64,000 nucleotides of DNA from a virus. The translations under genes and the position numbers were made by a program. A model generated the notes under the pieces. That model saw nothing but the letters and a program-made list of their open reading frames with translations. It was not told the origin of the DNA and ran no database searches. Location of the stretch: UHGV virus genome UHGV-1430452; one strand, given 5' to 3'. Shown piece by piece: positions 34,237 through 44,028 of this stretch. Each line of letters starts with the position of its first letter. Position 1 is the stretch's first letter.

Positions 34237-34851
34237 TTATTTCTCCTTTCTTACTACCCTAGCTCTCTCAAAAATATAATTGTTAATATTATCAGGACCG
34301 TTACCATAGCGTTGTACATATGGCACTCCTAAAACATTTCTACCATTTACAAATCTATGTTCTCCGATCCCGATAACTTCGTGTTTCTCATATCGTCCAC
34401 TACTATTCATAATGAACACAATATCACCGACTTTAATCTCATTTACTGGAGTTTCTACAGCATCTAGGAATTCTCCGAGCTGTTCTTTTAATGGTTGACG
34501 AATATCAATCTCTTTAAGGAATTCGTCTAGATCATAACCTTCATGATAGTCTTCACCACCAACATGTCTAACAATATCCCAGTCTTTTACGACATAAATA
34601 CCATTATCCAACCAGTAATCCTCGACTTCACTTTCCCTTACATCAGTCTCAATTCCGATAGATAAGTTTCCACCAAAGAAATTACCTACGACCTGACAGA
34701 ATCTAGCCATACCGTAGGAATCATCAAATCCTCTATGCTCTTTTAACTCACAGTATTTAAGAAATGCAGTAACGCTATCAATACCTCCATTCCAATGCAA
34801 ATATACTCCGATGTCTTTTCCTTCTGGTTTTACGATAGCTCTGTTACCCAT
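34237..34851 (-). CDS. hypothetical protein, 204 aa
   Basis: Long uninterrupted ORF. No family recognised. Confidence 0.65.
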   Translation of the reverse strand: MGNRAIVKPEGKDIGVYLHWNGGIDSVTAFLKYCELKEHRGFDDSYGMARFCQVVGNFFGGNLSIGIETDVRESEVEDYWLDNGIYVVKDWDIVRHVGGEDYHEGYDLDEFLKEIDIRQPLKEQLGEFLDAVETPVNEIKVGDIVFIMNSSGRYEKHEVIGIGEHRFVNGRNVLGVPYVQRYGNGPDNINNYIFERARVVRKEK

Positions 34852-34874
34852 GTTAAGTCAGCTCCTAAGTTGAT

Positions 34875-35075
34875 TTATTTTAAAATGCCTTTATGTCTAC
34901 ATAACTCTAGCAACATTTCATTCTCTTCTTGTAAAGCCTCTAATTTATCGGCAGCATTCTTACAGTAAATATGAATCGCATTAGACATTTTATCCGTTTC
35001 ATCCAACGGAACTTTCGTTAATGGAAACATATTTACAAGCCAACGTAGAGACTTAGCTTCTGGTACTTCTTTCAT
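34875..35075 (-). CDS. hypothetical protein, 66 aa
   Basis: Uninterrupted ORF. No family recognised. Confidence 0.55.
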   Translation of the reverse strand: MKEVPEAKSLRWLVNMFPLTKVPLDETDKMSNAIHIYCKNAADKLEALQEENEMLLELCRHKGILK

Positions 35076-35106
35076 TCGTTTCTCCTTTCAAATATCAGCT
35101 CCTAAT

Positions 35107-35256
35107 TTAGTCTATCTTTACTATTTGTTCTATGCCGCCATCCCTAAGCTCACGATTTACAACTTGTGCTCCGTAAATTTCAAAATAGTCTGATTCTACA
35201 ATTTGCAAATCCTTTGGCAATTGTTCTAAAATATCGATAAGTTCACCTACTGTCAT
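35107..35256 (-). CDS. hypothetical small protein, 49 aa
   Basis: Hand-translated MTVGELIDILEQLPKDLQIVESDYFEIYGAQVVNRELRDGGIEQIVKID. AGGAG RBS. Confidence 0.45.
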   Translation of the reverse strand: MTVGELIDILEQLPKDLQIVESDYFEIYGAQVVNRELRDGGIEQIVKID

Positions 35257-35281
35257 TTAGTTTCTCCTTTCAAATATCAAC

Positions 35282-35632
35282 TCACAAATCCTCATAGCTA
35301 TGAGCAATCAATGCGTAAATACTTTTATCTAAAACAAACGCATTATCGCCATCATTTCCGAAACCGATTACTCTATGATTCTTCAAGTTGTCACCGTGGA
35401 ATTTCGCATCAATACAACTTTCATCTTTGCTAGTCTGCATAACACAAAAAGTGACATAATTATCGTTAGGAAGTTTTATAGATATAGTGTTCATCCAGTC
35501 TTTAGATTTATGGTCCAAATGAGACATATCAACTGTATAGTGATTACATTTGTTGAATGTCGGATAACCTAATTTCTCAGCTTCCTCGATTGAACATTTA
35601 GTAAATATCAATTCTTTTTGTGTTGCTTCCAT
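35282..35632 (-). CDS. hypothetical protein, 116 aa
   Basis: Uninterrupted ORF. No family recognised. Confidence 0.6.
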   Translation of the reverse strand: MEATQKELIFTKCSIEEAEKLGYPTFNKCNHYTVDMSHLDHKSKDWMNTISIKLPNDNYVTFCVMQTSKDESCIDAKFHGDNLKNHRVIGFGNDGDNAFVLDKSIYALIAHSYEDL

Positions 35633-35721
35633 TGTTGGTCAGCTCCCTAAGTTAGTTTTAATGCTTAACATTAAATATAAAAAGAAGAAGCCCCAGCTAA
35701 ATATAGCCAGAGCTTCATACT

Positions 35722-35976
35722 TTACTTGCAATGAAATCCCATTACTACTTTTTCTTCAGATTCATTTTCCTTATTTTCTTCCGGTTCAACTTTGATTTTC
35801 GCTTTCTCGCATACCTCCTGTGCGATTTCGTTACCTTCTTTAGCAGCAAACTTCAATGTACCAAGGCCGATACCTGTAATAACTGCCTGAGCCATTTCCG
35901 CTGCAAACTTACCCATAGCAACTCCAAATGACACTGCAAATGCTGCTTTGCGTAAATCTTTAAATTGTCCATTCAT
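35722..35976 (-). CDS. small hydrophobic/amphipathic protein, 84 aa
   Basis: AAFAVSFGVAMGKFAAEMAQAVITGIGLGTLKFAA. Promoter motif at 36012-36037. Confidence 0.55.
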   Translation of the reverse strand: MNGQFKDLRKAAFAVSFGVAMGKFAAEMAQAVITGIGLGTLKFAAKEGNEIAQEVCEKAKIKVEPEENKENESEEKVVMGFHCK

Positions 35977-36039
35977 TTTAAGTTCCTCCTTTAAGAAATA
36001 TAGACTTCATTCCATTAAAGGCGATGTTTATGTCGCGTA

Positions 36040-36369
36040 TTATCTATTTTTCTTACCGTAAGCGGAATAATCCCTACGCTTTGGAGTTACTGGTGCTTCT
36101 GGTTTTTCCGGACTTTCTTCCACCACCTCAACAGCATCGACGGGAGTGTCTGGCTTCTCTTCTTTTTTGACTTCTCCGTATGCGCTGCTAGTCTCGACTT
36201 TCTTACCGTTAACTCTTTTCTTCCATTCACAATCAAACTCTTCATCGATGCCAGACTTGTAAGAAAACGTGCAAATATACTCCTGTCCTGTTTTTGAATC
36301 TGTGTAAATATCACCGATAGCTCCTTCTGTTCTTCTTGTTGGTGCTCCTACTCCTGTTAATTTAGCCAT
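36040..36369 (-). CDS. hypothetical protein, 109 aa
   Basis: Uninterrupted ORF. The nested ORF 36087..36314 was rejected. Confidence 0.6.
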   Translation of the reverse strand: MAKLTGVGAPTRRTEGAIGDIYTDSKTGQEYICTFSYKSGIDEEFDCEWKKRVNGKKVETSSAYGEVKKEEKPDTPVDAVEVVEESPEKPEAPVTPKRRDYSAYGKKNR

Positions 36370-36388
36370 TGATATTATCCTCCATAAT

Positions 36389-36607
36389 TTAAACTTTTTC
36401 TATTTTGCATTCATCACTGAGTAACCAGTTAAGACTTACTCCAGATAAACAAGGGTGTGGTGCAAAACCAGGTAATTTGATTAATGAACCCTGCTTACTA
36501 TCGAAATAATAAATATCGTTACTCTTCTGATTTGTAAATCTGAAGTATTCAGACGGCCCAATACCGAGCCGCCTTCTGATTAAAAATATAATTAATCTAT
36601 TTAACAT
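36389..36607 (-). CDS. hypothetical protein, 72 aa
   Basis: Uninterrupted ORF. No family recognised. Confidence 0.5.
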   Translation of the reverse strand: MLNRLIIFLIRRRLGIGPSEYFRFTNQKSNDIYYFDSKQGSLIKLPGFAPHPCLSGVSLNWLLSDECKIEKV

Positions 36608-36622
36608 ATCGCTCCTTTCTGA

Positions 36623-37120
36623 TTACTCTTCCGGATGTTCCTCCGCTGCAAATCTGGATGAGAATCTGTCAATATCCTGAGTTACACACATTGACTGCAA
36701 ATATGCTGCACGGAATGGTTTACCGTTAATCTCAGAATCATACGGTCTGATATCAAGATCGACACTTGCAATATCAATTTCGTCGAGCATGGATACTGTT
36801 TCTTCATCAAGTTTGACTCTATTTCTACCAGACTGAAGATATACAATAGGGCCTCTGTCGTTAAATTTGACTTTAACTGGAAGATAGATAAATGGTTCAT
36901 CTCCATCTTCTCTTGGCGGTTTGATCTTTACATTCCATCCTGCTCCAAACTTATTTACATCATTCTGCAAAGCTTCTGCCATTTCTTCGTTAGGGATAAT
37001 CAAAGCGAAGTTACGGTCTCCTTCTTTGTTGAATTTACCGCCTTCTCCTCTGAAGTTTCTGAAAATGATTCTTGCGTCATCGATCTGTAATACTCCTCTT
37101 GGTGCGAATGTTAATTCCAT
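36623..37120 (-). CDS. putative ssDNA-binding protein (gp2.5-like)
   Basis: Beta-rich body with an acidic C-terminal tail (AAEEHPEE). It lies directly downstream of the replicase gene. Call based on context and composition only. Confidence 0.4.
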   Translation of the reverse strand: MELTFAPRGVLQIDDARIIFRNFRGEGGKFNKEGDRNFALIIPNEEMAEALQNDVNKFGAGWNVKIKPPREDGDEPFIYLPVKVKFNDRGPIVYLQSGRNRVKLDEETVSMLDEIDIASVDLDIRPYDSEINGKPFRAAYLQSMCVTQDIDRFSSRFAAEEHPEE

Positions 37121-37310
37121 AATGTTAATCTCCTTTTAAATAAATATAGTTTTTAATGGATTTGATTTAATTGCTGCGTTGGACTTTTGTTTAACTTCCT
37201 CGCATATGATTGCTCCTTTCTTGTGATAGAAAAACAAAAAGAGTCTCAACCATAATCGGTCAAGACTCCTTATCTCTTCATTAAAGCCGTTGTATTTTTC
37301 GCGATTCGTA

Positions 37311-37601
37311 CTATCGTAAAGATTTTGGGACAAGGCTTTTGATAATCTTTTTCTGATGCTCGTCCAGATCGTGATATAGAGTGAAACCCGTTGCCCCATT
37401 ATACTCATCGCCAAACTGTTTGTAGTACATAGATTGTTTCCATAACTCCGGATACTCTTTTTTGTACTTTGCGAGTTCTTTTGCTTTCTTGTCATACTGT
37501 TTATCCGAAATTATATTATTATCTAACTCGTAATAAATATATGAATGAAGTATGATATATCTTTGCAAGTAATCTATGTATTCGAGGGTTGTTAGTTCCA
37601 T
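37311..37601 (-). CDS. stand-alone protein resembling NAD-ligase (LigA) N-terminal domain Ia
   Basis: LHSYIYYELDNNIISDKQYDKKAKELAKYKKEYPELWKQS follows the LigA pattern H.Y.YYV.D.P.ISD.EYD.L..EL..LE...PEL. Confidence 0.4.
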   Translation of the reverse strand: MELTTLEYIDYLQRYIILHSYIYYELDNNIISDKQYDKKAKELAKYKKEYPELWKQSMYYKQFGDEYNGATGFTLYHDLDEHQKKIIKSLVPKSLR

Positions 37602-40600
37602 GGCAGCTCTACATCTTCATCATCGAATGGAATTTCCTCAGGAGATCCTTCCGGTATGTTCATGAAGTCTGGTAAATGAGAATCTCTAAAAGGAGGTTCA
37701 TGCCGATCTGAAGCATCCCAAGGCGGAGTACCAACATATGGATCGTCTGATATGAACCACTCAGCGTCTCCGTATTGACCAATAGTTTCAAGAGCATCAT
37801 CCACAAGCTTTCGATAATATGAACGATCAATATTTTCTTCATTTCCCGGAGACATCATTAACTCGGATTCAAGCCAACGGAAACCAGTTGTTCCTGTAGC
37901 TGCATAATATTTACCGTTCTGTTCTCGCATCAATAGTCCTCCACCCTTTCCAGGCTTAACCGGACAAAATTGCCCAACTTTACCTACGAAATGATAGTCA
38001 TGACCTTCAGCTATTAAATCGTTTAATCTTCGACACTCACTTTCGAAAGTTGTGTCCGATAACTTACCTTTCCTGTACTTATCTTCAAGTTTGGATAGTT
38101 CTTTTTCATACTCGGATACATCTGGAAGTTTTTCGTTCATATCCAAATATAAAGCAGATTTTACTGAGAATGCTTCGCACATATCTTTCAACTCAATTGG
38201 TTCTTTACTGAACAGTGTTTTAAATACATACGGAACTGCAAACTGTTTTCCAGTAGCTGTCCATTCTCCGGCATTCTTTCCATCTTTAAACCTAGCCACG
38301 TACACAGCATCATTTACTAAACAGAATTTTTCAAAGTTAGCCTCTGTTTCAAATGTATATCCGTATTCTTTACCGAATTTGGTTACGAAATCAATAATAT
38401 CAGGAGTAGCATCGGGTATCTTTATGGAATCTGTCTTGATATGACAAACAGTAAATCCTCGTTTCTGAACTTCTCTTTTCAATAATGTCATGAAGAGAGC
38501 TCCTCTTTTGGCAACAATGTTATCCTTATTTCTAGGATCTCTAAATTCATTTACGAAGCCAGCTGATGTCAAACCATAAATGGAATTGATAACAATCTTA
38601 AGTGCCTGCGCTAAATCAGCAGCCTGTTCTTCATTTAAGTATGGTTTCAACGCTCCACCTAATAATTGTCCAGCTGTTTCAAAGTCTTTATGCTTAATTG
38701 CAACACGAGCTTTTACAATATCCTCAAACCGTTTTGTATATTCTGGTCCAAATAGACATTCGAATATAATACTGTGAGGATGCTGAGAAGCAATGTCTCC
38801 ATCCCATACATTACCGTAATGCCCAGGTTCAGAGTAAACCCGACCGCCTTCTCCAATGGCTTCGCCTAAATATGTTGATTTACCAAACTCAAAAGTATAG
38901 CCTTTAAAGAATGGAAGAATGCTATAACCTTCTGGAAGCTTTTCGCCAGGAACGTAAGATCGATATAATGGAAGACCCTCAGAATCAAATACTCTGAAAT
39001 CATAATCATCTCCGAATTTAATTCTATATTCATCATAACGATCTGAGCTAACCGGTTCCGCCAAGTATCTATAGTTGAATACATTCTGCGGTTTTTTATT
39101 ATTTCCAAATATAATTCTTTTAGAAAGAGTATTTGTCGTATCATTAACTGTAACGTTTGTAATATCATGTAAGAGTTTTACAAGATCAACCTGAATCTGT
39201 CTAGCAACAAAGTCTGCTTTTCTTGCATTGAATACAGCTTCCGTCGCAATGACATCATTATCGCAATACTCAGCAACCTTTGCCCATAATTCTTCTGGAA
39301 CTGGTTGATCCCAAGGAAGACCAAGCTCTTGATGATGAATACCCAGTTCAATCTCCCATTTCTTTAAACTCTGTTTCACAGTTGACATATCATATACATC
39401 AATGTAACCAAGATTATATGCCTCACCAAACATGCCATTATCACGGCTTCCCTTTGGAGCATTAATAATTCTTTGAGATAACTTATATATTTCCTCATTT
39501 GTGTATCCCATAAGTCTAGCATAAATGATATGTCTGTCGTATTTACGTCCATTAAAATCAACAAGTTTAAACTTTAGAAGATTTTCTATTTCTGCTGGTG
39601 TAGGATTAATTAATCTAACTACTGTTTTTCCTTCTCCAGCAAACTTATAGTTTACCAAAAATAAATTTGGGAATACCTCACAATCATAGAATACAAGATC
39701 GTCAGTATCACCCTCATTACTTGTCTCTGAAGCCTCTTCACTCTTAAACGCCATCTGATTAACTAACTTCAAACACTCATCAGCCTGGTTACTACTACTC
39801 GCCGCCAAAGCAAATACAGCATTTTTCATATCAGACACATCATATCCAATACCACTCTCATAAGCCTCATCCAAAAGTTTCTTAATCATTTGAATACTTG
39901 GAGCTGTGTTACCCATAATTTCTTTATTCAGATGTTTCTTAAGAACGGATCTCAAATATTTCTCATTCTTAATACCATCAAAGTTAATCACATTTTTCAC
40001 CTCTTTCAACGGAAGACCTGAGCTAATTGTACGAATAACAAGATTGACACACTTAGTAAGTTTTCTTCTAAGAGATGTTTTACCGGTAAATACCTTAATC
40101 TCGATATCCTCATCAAATATACGACTTAATTCACTCACATCACCGTTATAAATATAATGAAGATGAATACCTCCACCACTTTTGCTTAACTCAGCATATG
40201 TTGGAGGCCATTTACTAGCTGCTTCAAGATTCTTCTCGAAACATTTATTACCATTCTCGTCCTTAATATCAAAGTCAATAACTACATGATTTTCAGGGAC
40301 CTTGACGTAATGAAGTTTTGATGTGTCAAGTTCTGATAGGGTAGTTGAAACTTCATCCCATGGCTTCGTCGGAGTTTCTTTTGAAGTAGCATATTGAGCT
40401 GGACAATCAGAACATTCTTTATCAAAAATAGACTCCTGTTCTTCAAATATAAGCCAGCTCTCAGTTTTCTCATCTCCAATAGGTTTCTCTGCTTTAACCT
40501 TTTTCTTCCCACCAATAGAGTCTTCGAAAATATCAGTCTTAAAACCGTCGTAATAACTCAGCAGCTTACTTCCATCTTCTTTCTCCACCTTCTCATCAAA

Positions 40601-41818
40601 TTCCAAAAAATAGTTTCTCAACTCGTCTTTGAATTTTGTCTTAGAAAATGGATACGGCACTTTTGCTTCCTCACAGTAGTTTTTATACATCTCCCATGCT
40701 GCTTTTAGCGTAGTACCATCTTCTTTCTTGAAGACACTGAATGAATCACATACGAAGTTATAAAAGTCATTAGAAGCCATAAGCATGTCCTTCGGAGCGT
40801 AAGTATCGTAATACTCTGGATCTTCTTTAAAGACTTGTAAACAATGATATGCGATTGCTCCCAACTCAAAATCAACCTGTTTGGTCAATCTACGATATTC
40901 TCGAATCGGTATCTTGTTTCCAGTAGGACGAACGTCAATCAAACGCCTTAGTAAACCAGACTTAGCATCAGTGATCTTAACAGGTGTGTTTGTACCCATA
41001 AATAAAAAACATTTGAATCTTGTTTCATATTGTCCTTTAAATTTTTCATTCATGGTCATTATCTCGTGTGAAATCACCGAGTTTAAGCGCGTATTATCTT
41101 CGATTTTTGATAAATCACCATCATGTTGTATCGCTACAAGAGGGTTATTCTTAAACGGTTCCAGAGCGAAAACATTATTCGGATTACCCAAAGCTTTTGC
41201 GTCAAAAGAACAACAATATCCTTCAAATAATTTCTCGATAATATTTATGATAGTTGATTTACCAGTACCACCAGCTCCGTAAAGCACCAGGAACTTTTGA
41301 AGTATTTTTGATTCCCCAGATACAACGGAGCCGATAGCCCATTCTATTTTACGTCGTTCTTCTTCGGAATATAGAGTACCGATGAGTTTATCCCATGCAG
41401 AAATATCGCCAGGTTCGAGAGGATACGGGAGTCTCTTGCTTGCGAAATTCTCTCTGCTTAATTCTGTGTTTGAAAATATAAGTTCATCATCGAGTACAGC
41501 AAAGTTATCACGCATCTGTTTCTGACAATATTTATGGAACTTATCGATTGAGCCACTGTCAGCATCCCACATATACTTAATTACAGGAGTACCTTCAAGA
41601 CGTCCTTCATTTTCAGCGACATATCTATCAAGTTCTCTATCTACAAGACGGGTTACATCGTCTTCATCTGTACTCCACATCTTTCGATCTTCATCCCAGA
41701 TAGCGTAAAAGTCCCTACCTCGAATCATGAGATCTTTAGATTTCAACATTTTGAACTTAGGAGAAACATCAACACTGCTTTTATTCGTCTTCGTTGATAC
41801 TGTCATGAAGTCCAACAT
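37592..41818 (-). CDS. fused SF3 helicase / AEP primase-polymerase / family-B DNA polymerase
   Basis: Walker A YGAGGTGKST. AEP motifs VVIDFDIKD and SGGGIHLHY. PolB ExoI FYDCEVF, ExoII YCDNDV, motif A DGDIASQHPHS, motif B KIVINSIYG, motif C HIKTDSI. Confidence 0.8.
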   Translation of the reverse strand: MLDFMTVSTKTNKSSVDVSPKFKMLKSKDLMIRGRDFYAIWDEDRKMWSTDEDDVTRLVDRELDRYVAENEGRLEGTPVIKYMWDADSGSIDKFHKYCQKQMRDNFAVLDDELIFSNTELSRENFASKRLPYPLEPGDISAWDKLIGTLYSEEERRKIEWAIGSVVSGESKILQKFLVLYGAGGTGKSTIINIIEKLFEGYCCSFDAKALGNPNNVFALEPFKNNPLVAIQHDGDLSKIEDNTRLNSVISHEIMTMNEKFKGQYETRFKCFLFMGTNTPVKITDAKSGLLRRLIDVRPTGNKIPIREYRRLTKQVDFELGAIAYHCLQVFKEDPEYYDTYAPKDMLMASNDFYNFVCDSFSVFKKEDGTTLKAAWEMYKNYCEEAKVPYPFSKTKFKDELRNYFLEFDEKVEKEDGSKLLSYYDGFKTDIFEDSIGGKKKVKAEKPIGDEKTESWLIFEEQESIFDKECSDCPAQYATSKETPTKPWDEVSTTLSELDTSKLHYVKVPENHVVIDFDIKDENGNKCFEKNLEAASKWPPTYAELSKSGGGIHLHYIYNGDVSELSRIFDEDIEIKVFTGKTSLRRKLTKCVNLVIRTISSGLPLKEVKNVINFDGIKNEKYLRSVLKKHLNKEIMGNTAPSIQMIKKLLDEAYESGIGYDVSDMKNAVFALAASSSNQADECLKLVNQMAFKSEEASETSNEGDTDDLVFYDCEVFPNLFLVNYKFAGEGKTVVRLINPTPAEIENLLKFKLVDFNGRKYDRHIIYARLMGYTNEEIYKLSQRIINAPKGSRDNGMFGEAYNLGYIDVYDMSTVKQSLKKWEIELGIHHQELGLPWDQPVPEELWAKVAEYCDNDVIATEAVFNARKADFVARQIQVDLVKLLHDITNVTVNDTTNTLSKRIIFGNNKKPQNVFNYRYLAEPVSSDRYDEYRIKFGDDYDFRVFDSEGLPLYRSYVPGEKLPEGYSILPFFKGYTFEFGKSTYLGEAIGEGGRVYSEPGHYGNVWDGDIASQHPHSIIFECLFGPEYTKRFEDIVKARVAIKHKDFETAGQLLGGALKPYLNEEQAADLAQALKIVINSIYGLTSAGFVNEFRDPRNKDNIVAKRGALFMTLLKREVQKRGFTVCHIKTDSIKIPDATPDIIDFVTKFGKEYGYTFETEANFEKFCLVNDAVYVARFKDGKNAGEWTATGKQFAVPYVFKTLFSKEPIELKDMCEAFSVKSALYLDMNEKLPDVSEYEKELSKLEDKYRKGKLSDTTFESECRRLNDLIAEGHDYHFVGKVGQFCPVKPGKGGGLLMREQNGKYYAATGTTGFRWLESELMMSPGNEENIDRSYYRKLVDDALETIGQYGDAEWFISDDPYVGTPPWDASDRHEPPFRDSHLPDFMNIPEGSPEEIPFDDEDVELPWN

Positions 41819-42029
41819 TCATCTTATGGCCTCCTTTCATTTTTTTAATATATGATTCTAATGTTTCATAGCACCAGTCATAAAAATTATGGTAAGTAAA
41901 AACAAAATCCGAGCCGCTTTTTATGCGAACTCGGACACTATCTTTACCGTTGGGGAACCAGTCTTCTACATGAATTGCAATTTCCGGAAATTGTTTGCTA
42001 AATTGTTTATATACATCTTCGTGCTTCAT
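41781..42029 (-). CDS. hypothetical protein, 82 aa
   Basis: Uninterrupted ORF overlapping the replicase start by 38 nt. Confidence 0.55.
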   Translation of the reverse strand: MKHEDVYKQFSKQFPEIAIHVEDWFPNGKDSVRVRIKSGSDFVFTYHNFYDWCYETLESYIKKMKGGHKMNVGLHDSINEDE

Positions 42030-42038
42030 ATCTTACCT

Positions 42039-42593
42039 CTAAACAAAAGTATCTAAATACCATAACATTTGAATCCAGATTTCAAATTTACGTAAGTCAT
42101 GATCGCAATTCTTAACTCTGAATAATCCACCGCGGCCGTCGGGTTCATATTCACGTTTGAGAAATGTGTTGATCACTTCTCTAACATACTTTTTATCAAA
42201 CCTGGAATCATACATACCGCCCAAACCGAGATTTACGATCATCTTCCAGAACCATTGTCCTGTTCTATCGCCGACACTCGGATCGTCCATAATATCTTCG
42301 CAACGAATTGCAAGAGCTATTATCATTTCTAGGATACTACATGGACGAGATAACATATCGACGATAACTTCTCGGCTTTCAGGGCTGTATATTTCATAAG
42401 CAAACCGACTTCTCAGATTTTCTCCGTCAGTTTCTCTGTTCTCATCTTTTGGGATGCTGTATCTGAATTCAATCTCATGTAAATATTCCAAAAGCTTTTT
42501 ATATGAATTTGCTTTGGCATATCTACCACTGCATACCAGATTATACATCCACTCGAAATATTCTATCTCAATTTCAGTCCTCGTCACCGCCAA
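42039..42593 (-). CDS. hypothetical protein, 184 aa
   Basis: Long uninterrupted ORF. No family recognised. Confidence 0.65.
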   Translation of the reverse strand: MAVTRTEIEIEYFEWMYNLVCSGRYAKANSYKKLLEYLHEIEFRYSIPKDENRETDGENLRSRFAYEIYSPESREVIVDMLSRPCSILEMIIALAIRCEDIMDDPSVGDRTGQWFWKMIVNLGLGGMYDSRFDKKYVREVINTFLKREYEPDGRGGLFRVKNCDHDLRKFEIWIQMLWYLDTFV

Positions 42594-43167
42594 CTACCTC
42601 GCTGTAACTTCCGTAATCTCTAAGGATTTCGTAATATGACTTAAAATTAGGATTTTTGATATACACAGTATCGTCTTCATACTCTCCGAAATGGGAAGCG
42701 AAATCCTCTCCTACCATCTCGTCAATATTACCAATTATTCTGTCACGTTCATCCGCGAGCACTCCATCACCTTCATAATATGTCAGAGTGATCATCGGAT
42801 AATCCTGCTCCCATGTCTCTTCTGGAGCAATTACTTCAGGTCCGCCCATGTCATCTGCTTCCTCCTTTTCTTTCTCTTTCATAGCCTGCTCGTTAATATA
42901 ACCGAGCTCCTGTACTTTATCTCTGATTTCCTGAACAGTAAGTTTATCCGGATTTTCAATACCATCTTTTAAACCTTCCGTTAAAGCCTCTCCAACTTTT
43001 TTACAAGCTTTGCTCTCAGAATAGCGATCCCTAAGGAATTCATTCTCTTCGGTTTTGTCAGCAATGATCTGCTCGTACTTGGTTTTAACTAACTTCCATG
43101 TTACTACCGAACCGATTGCACCTCCAGCTAAGAATATCATTCCTTTAATTAATAAATTCTTGTTCAT
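42574..43167 (-). CDS. membrane-anchored acidic protein, 197 aa
   Basis: N-terminal TM LLIKGMIFLAGGAIGSVVTW followed by an acidic ectodomain. Confidence 0.6.
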   Translation of the reverse strand: MNKNLLIKGMIFLAGGAIGSVVTWKLVKTKYEQIIADKTEENEFLRDRYSESKACKKVGEALTEGLKDGIENPDKLTVQEIRDKVQELGYINEQAMKEKEKEEADDMGGPEVIAPEETWEQDYPMITLTYYEGDGVLADERDRIIGNIDEMVGEDFASHFGEYEDDTVYIKNPNFKSYYEILRDYGSYSEVVGGDED

Positions 43168-43179
43168 TTGTTTCTCCTT

Positions 43180-43377
43180 TCACTCAGAGTATATAAGTTC
43201 GTACTCACCGCTATCATTTTGTTCCTCGTTTGGATCAGTCTTTACCGATAACACCGTCACTGCTAGTCCACCGAATAACAGTGAAATACTCATAAGAATC
43301 CCTCCTGCGATATGACGTCTTTTCTTTGTATTTAACGAATGGTCTATCATTGATAGAATTCTTCCGAGCTTCTCCAC
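43180..43377 (-). CDS. small membrane protein, 65 aa
   Basis: TM segment IAGGILMSISLLFGGLAVTVLSV. Confidence 0.55.
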   Translation of the reverse strand: MEKLGRILSMIDHSLNTKKRRHIAGGILMSISLLFGGLAVTVLSVKTDPNEEQNDSGEYELIYSE

Positions 43378-43396
43378 TTATATCTCTCCCTTTGTT

Positions 43397-43525
43397 TTAT
43401 TTAGTTGCTGTTGTAGTTTTTAAAATATGCGAATTCCCCTCAATAGGATGAGTAAGAATCATAAGTCCACTGACAAAACAAATCCCAGCAATAGTGGCAA
43501 ACGTAATTGATAACTTTTCTTTCAC
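43397..43525 (-). CDS. small membrane peptide, 42 aa (GTG start)
   Basis: Hand-translated VKEKLSITFATIAGICFVSGLMILTHPIEGNSHILKTTTATK. GTGA overlap with the upstream stop. Confidence 0.4.
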   Translation of the reverse strand: MKEKLSITFATIAGICFVSGLMILTHPIEGNSHILKTTTATK

Positions 43526-43773
43526 GTTAAGTCAGTCCTTTCATTCTTTTCGAACGGATTTGGTTGCAACGCTAAAACAAAGTAGTCATCGACGATTTTA
43601 GCACCTTTTACTTTGCCGATTTCAATCATTGCTTTAACTGTTGCAGTTCCACAATTCCATCTCACAGCTGCTTTTTCTGCTGAGATAAATAACGGCGTAA
43701 GATTCTGACTGAATAACTCTTTGTCTTCCAAACCGTTCTCCAAAATATAAATGATTAACTCTCTACCGGTCAT
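43522..43773 (-). CDS. possible HTH DNA-binding protein, 83 aa
   Basis: ISAEKAAVRWNCGTATVKAMIEIGKVKGAKI resembles an excisionase-type HTH. Weak call. Confidence 0.45.
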   Translation of the reverse strand: MTGRELIIYILENGLEDKELFSQNLTPLFISAEKAAVRWNCGTATVKAMIEIGKVKGAKIVDDYFVLALQPNPFEKNERTDLT

Positions 43774-43925
43774 AAATCTCTCTCCATTTTTGATATATAC
43801 TCTTCAGGAAATATGGAATCGATAGACTTCAAGATGTCATTTAGATCATCTTCATCCATCGGTTCACTTAGAGTACAGGCTACTGCAATTTTTAAGTTAT
43901 TGAGTCTTTCTCGTAAATCGGTCAT
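43770..43925 (-). CDS. hypothetical small protein, 51 aa
   Basis: Hand-translated MTDLRERLNNLKIAVACTLSEPMDEDDLNDILKSIDSIFPEEYISKMERDL. AAGGAG RBS. ATGA overlap. Confidence 0.5.
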   Translation of the reverse strand: MTDLRERLNNLKIAVACTLSEPMDEDDLNDILKSIDSIFPEEYISKMERDL

Positions 43926-44028
43926 TCAATTCTCCTTATACTTACCCTCAGCCTCATGCACGAAGCCAAGGGTAGTCAAACATATCTCTGTAGGGATTCC
44001 CAGACCCGAGATTATCGAGTCCTGACAT

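Noticed and set aside
36087-36906. Nested minus-strand ORFs 36087..36314 and 36682..36906
   Set aside because: Both are alternative frames inside longer, better-supported ORFs (36040..36369 and 36623..37120).
37136-37495. 119-aa minus-strand ORF
   Set aside because: It spans a promoter motif (37278-37304) and a terminator-like region. It also overlaps the better-supported 37311..37601 ORF.
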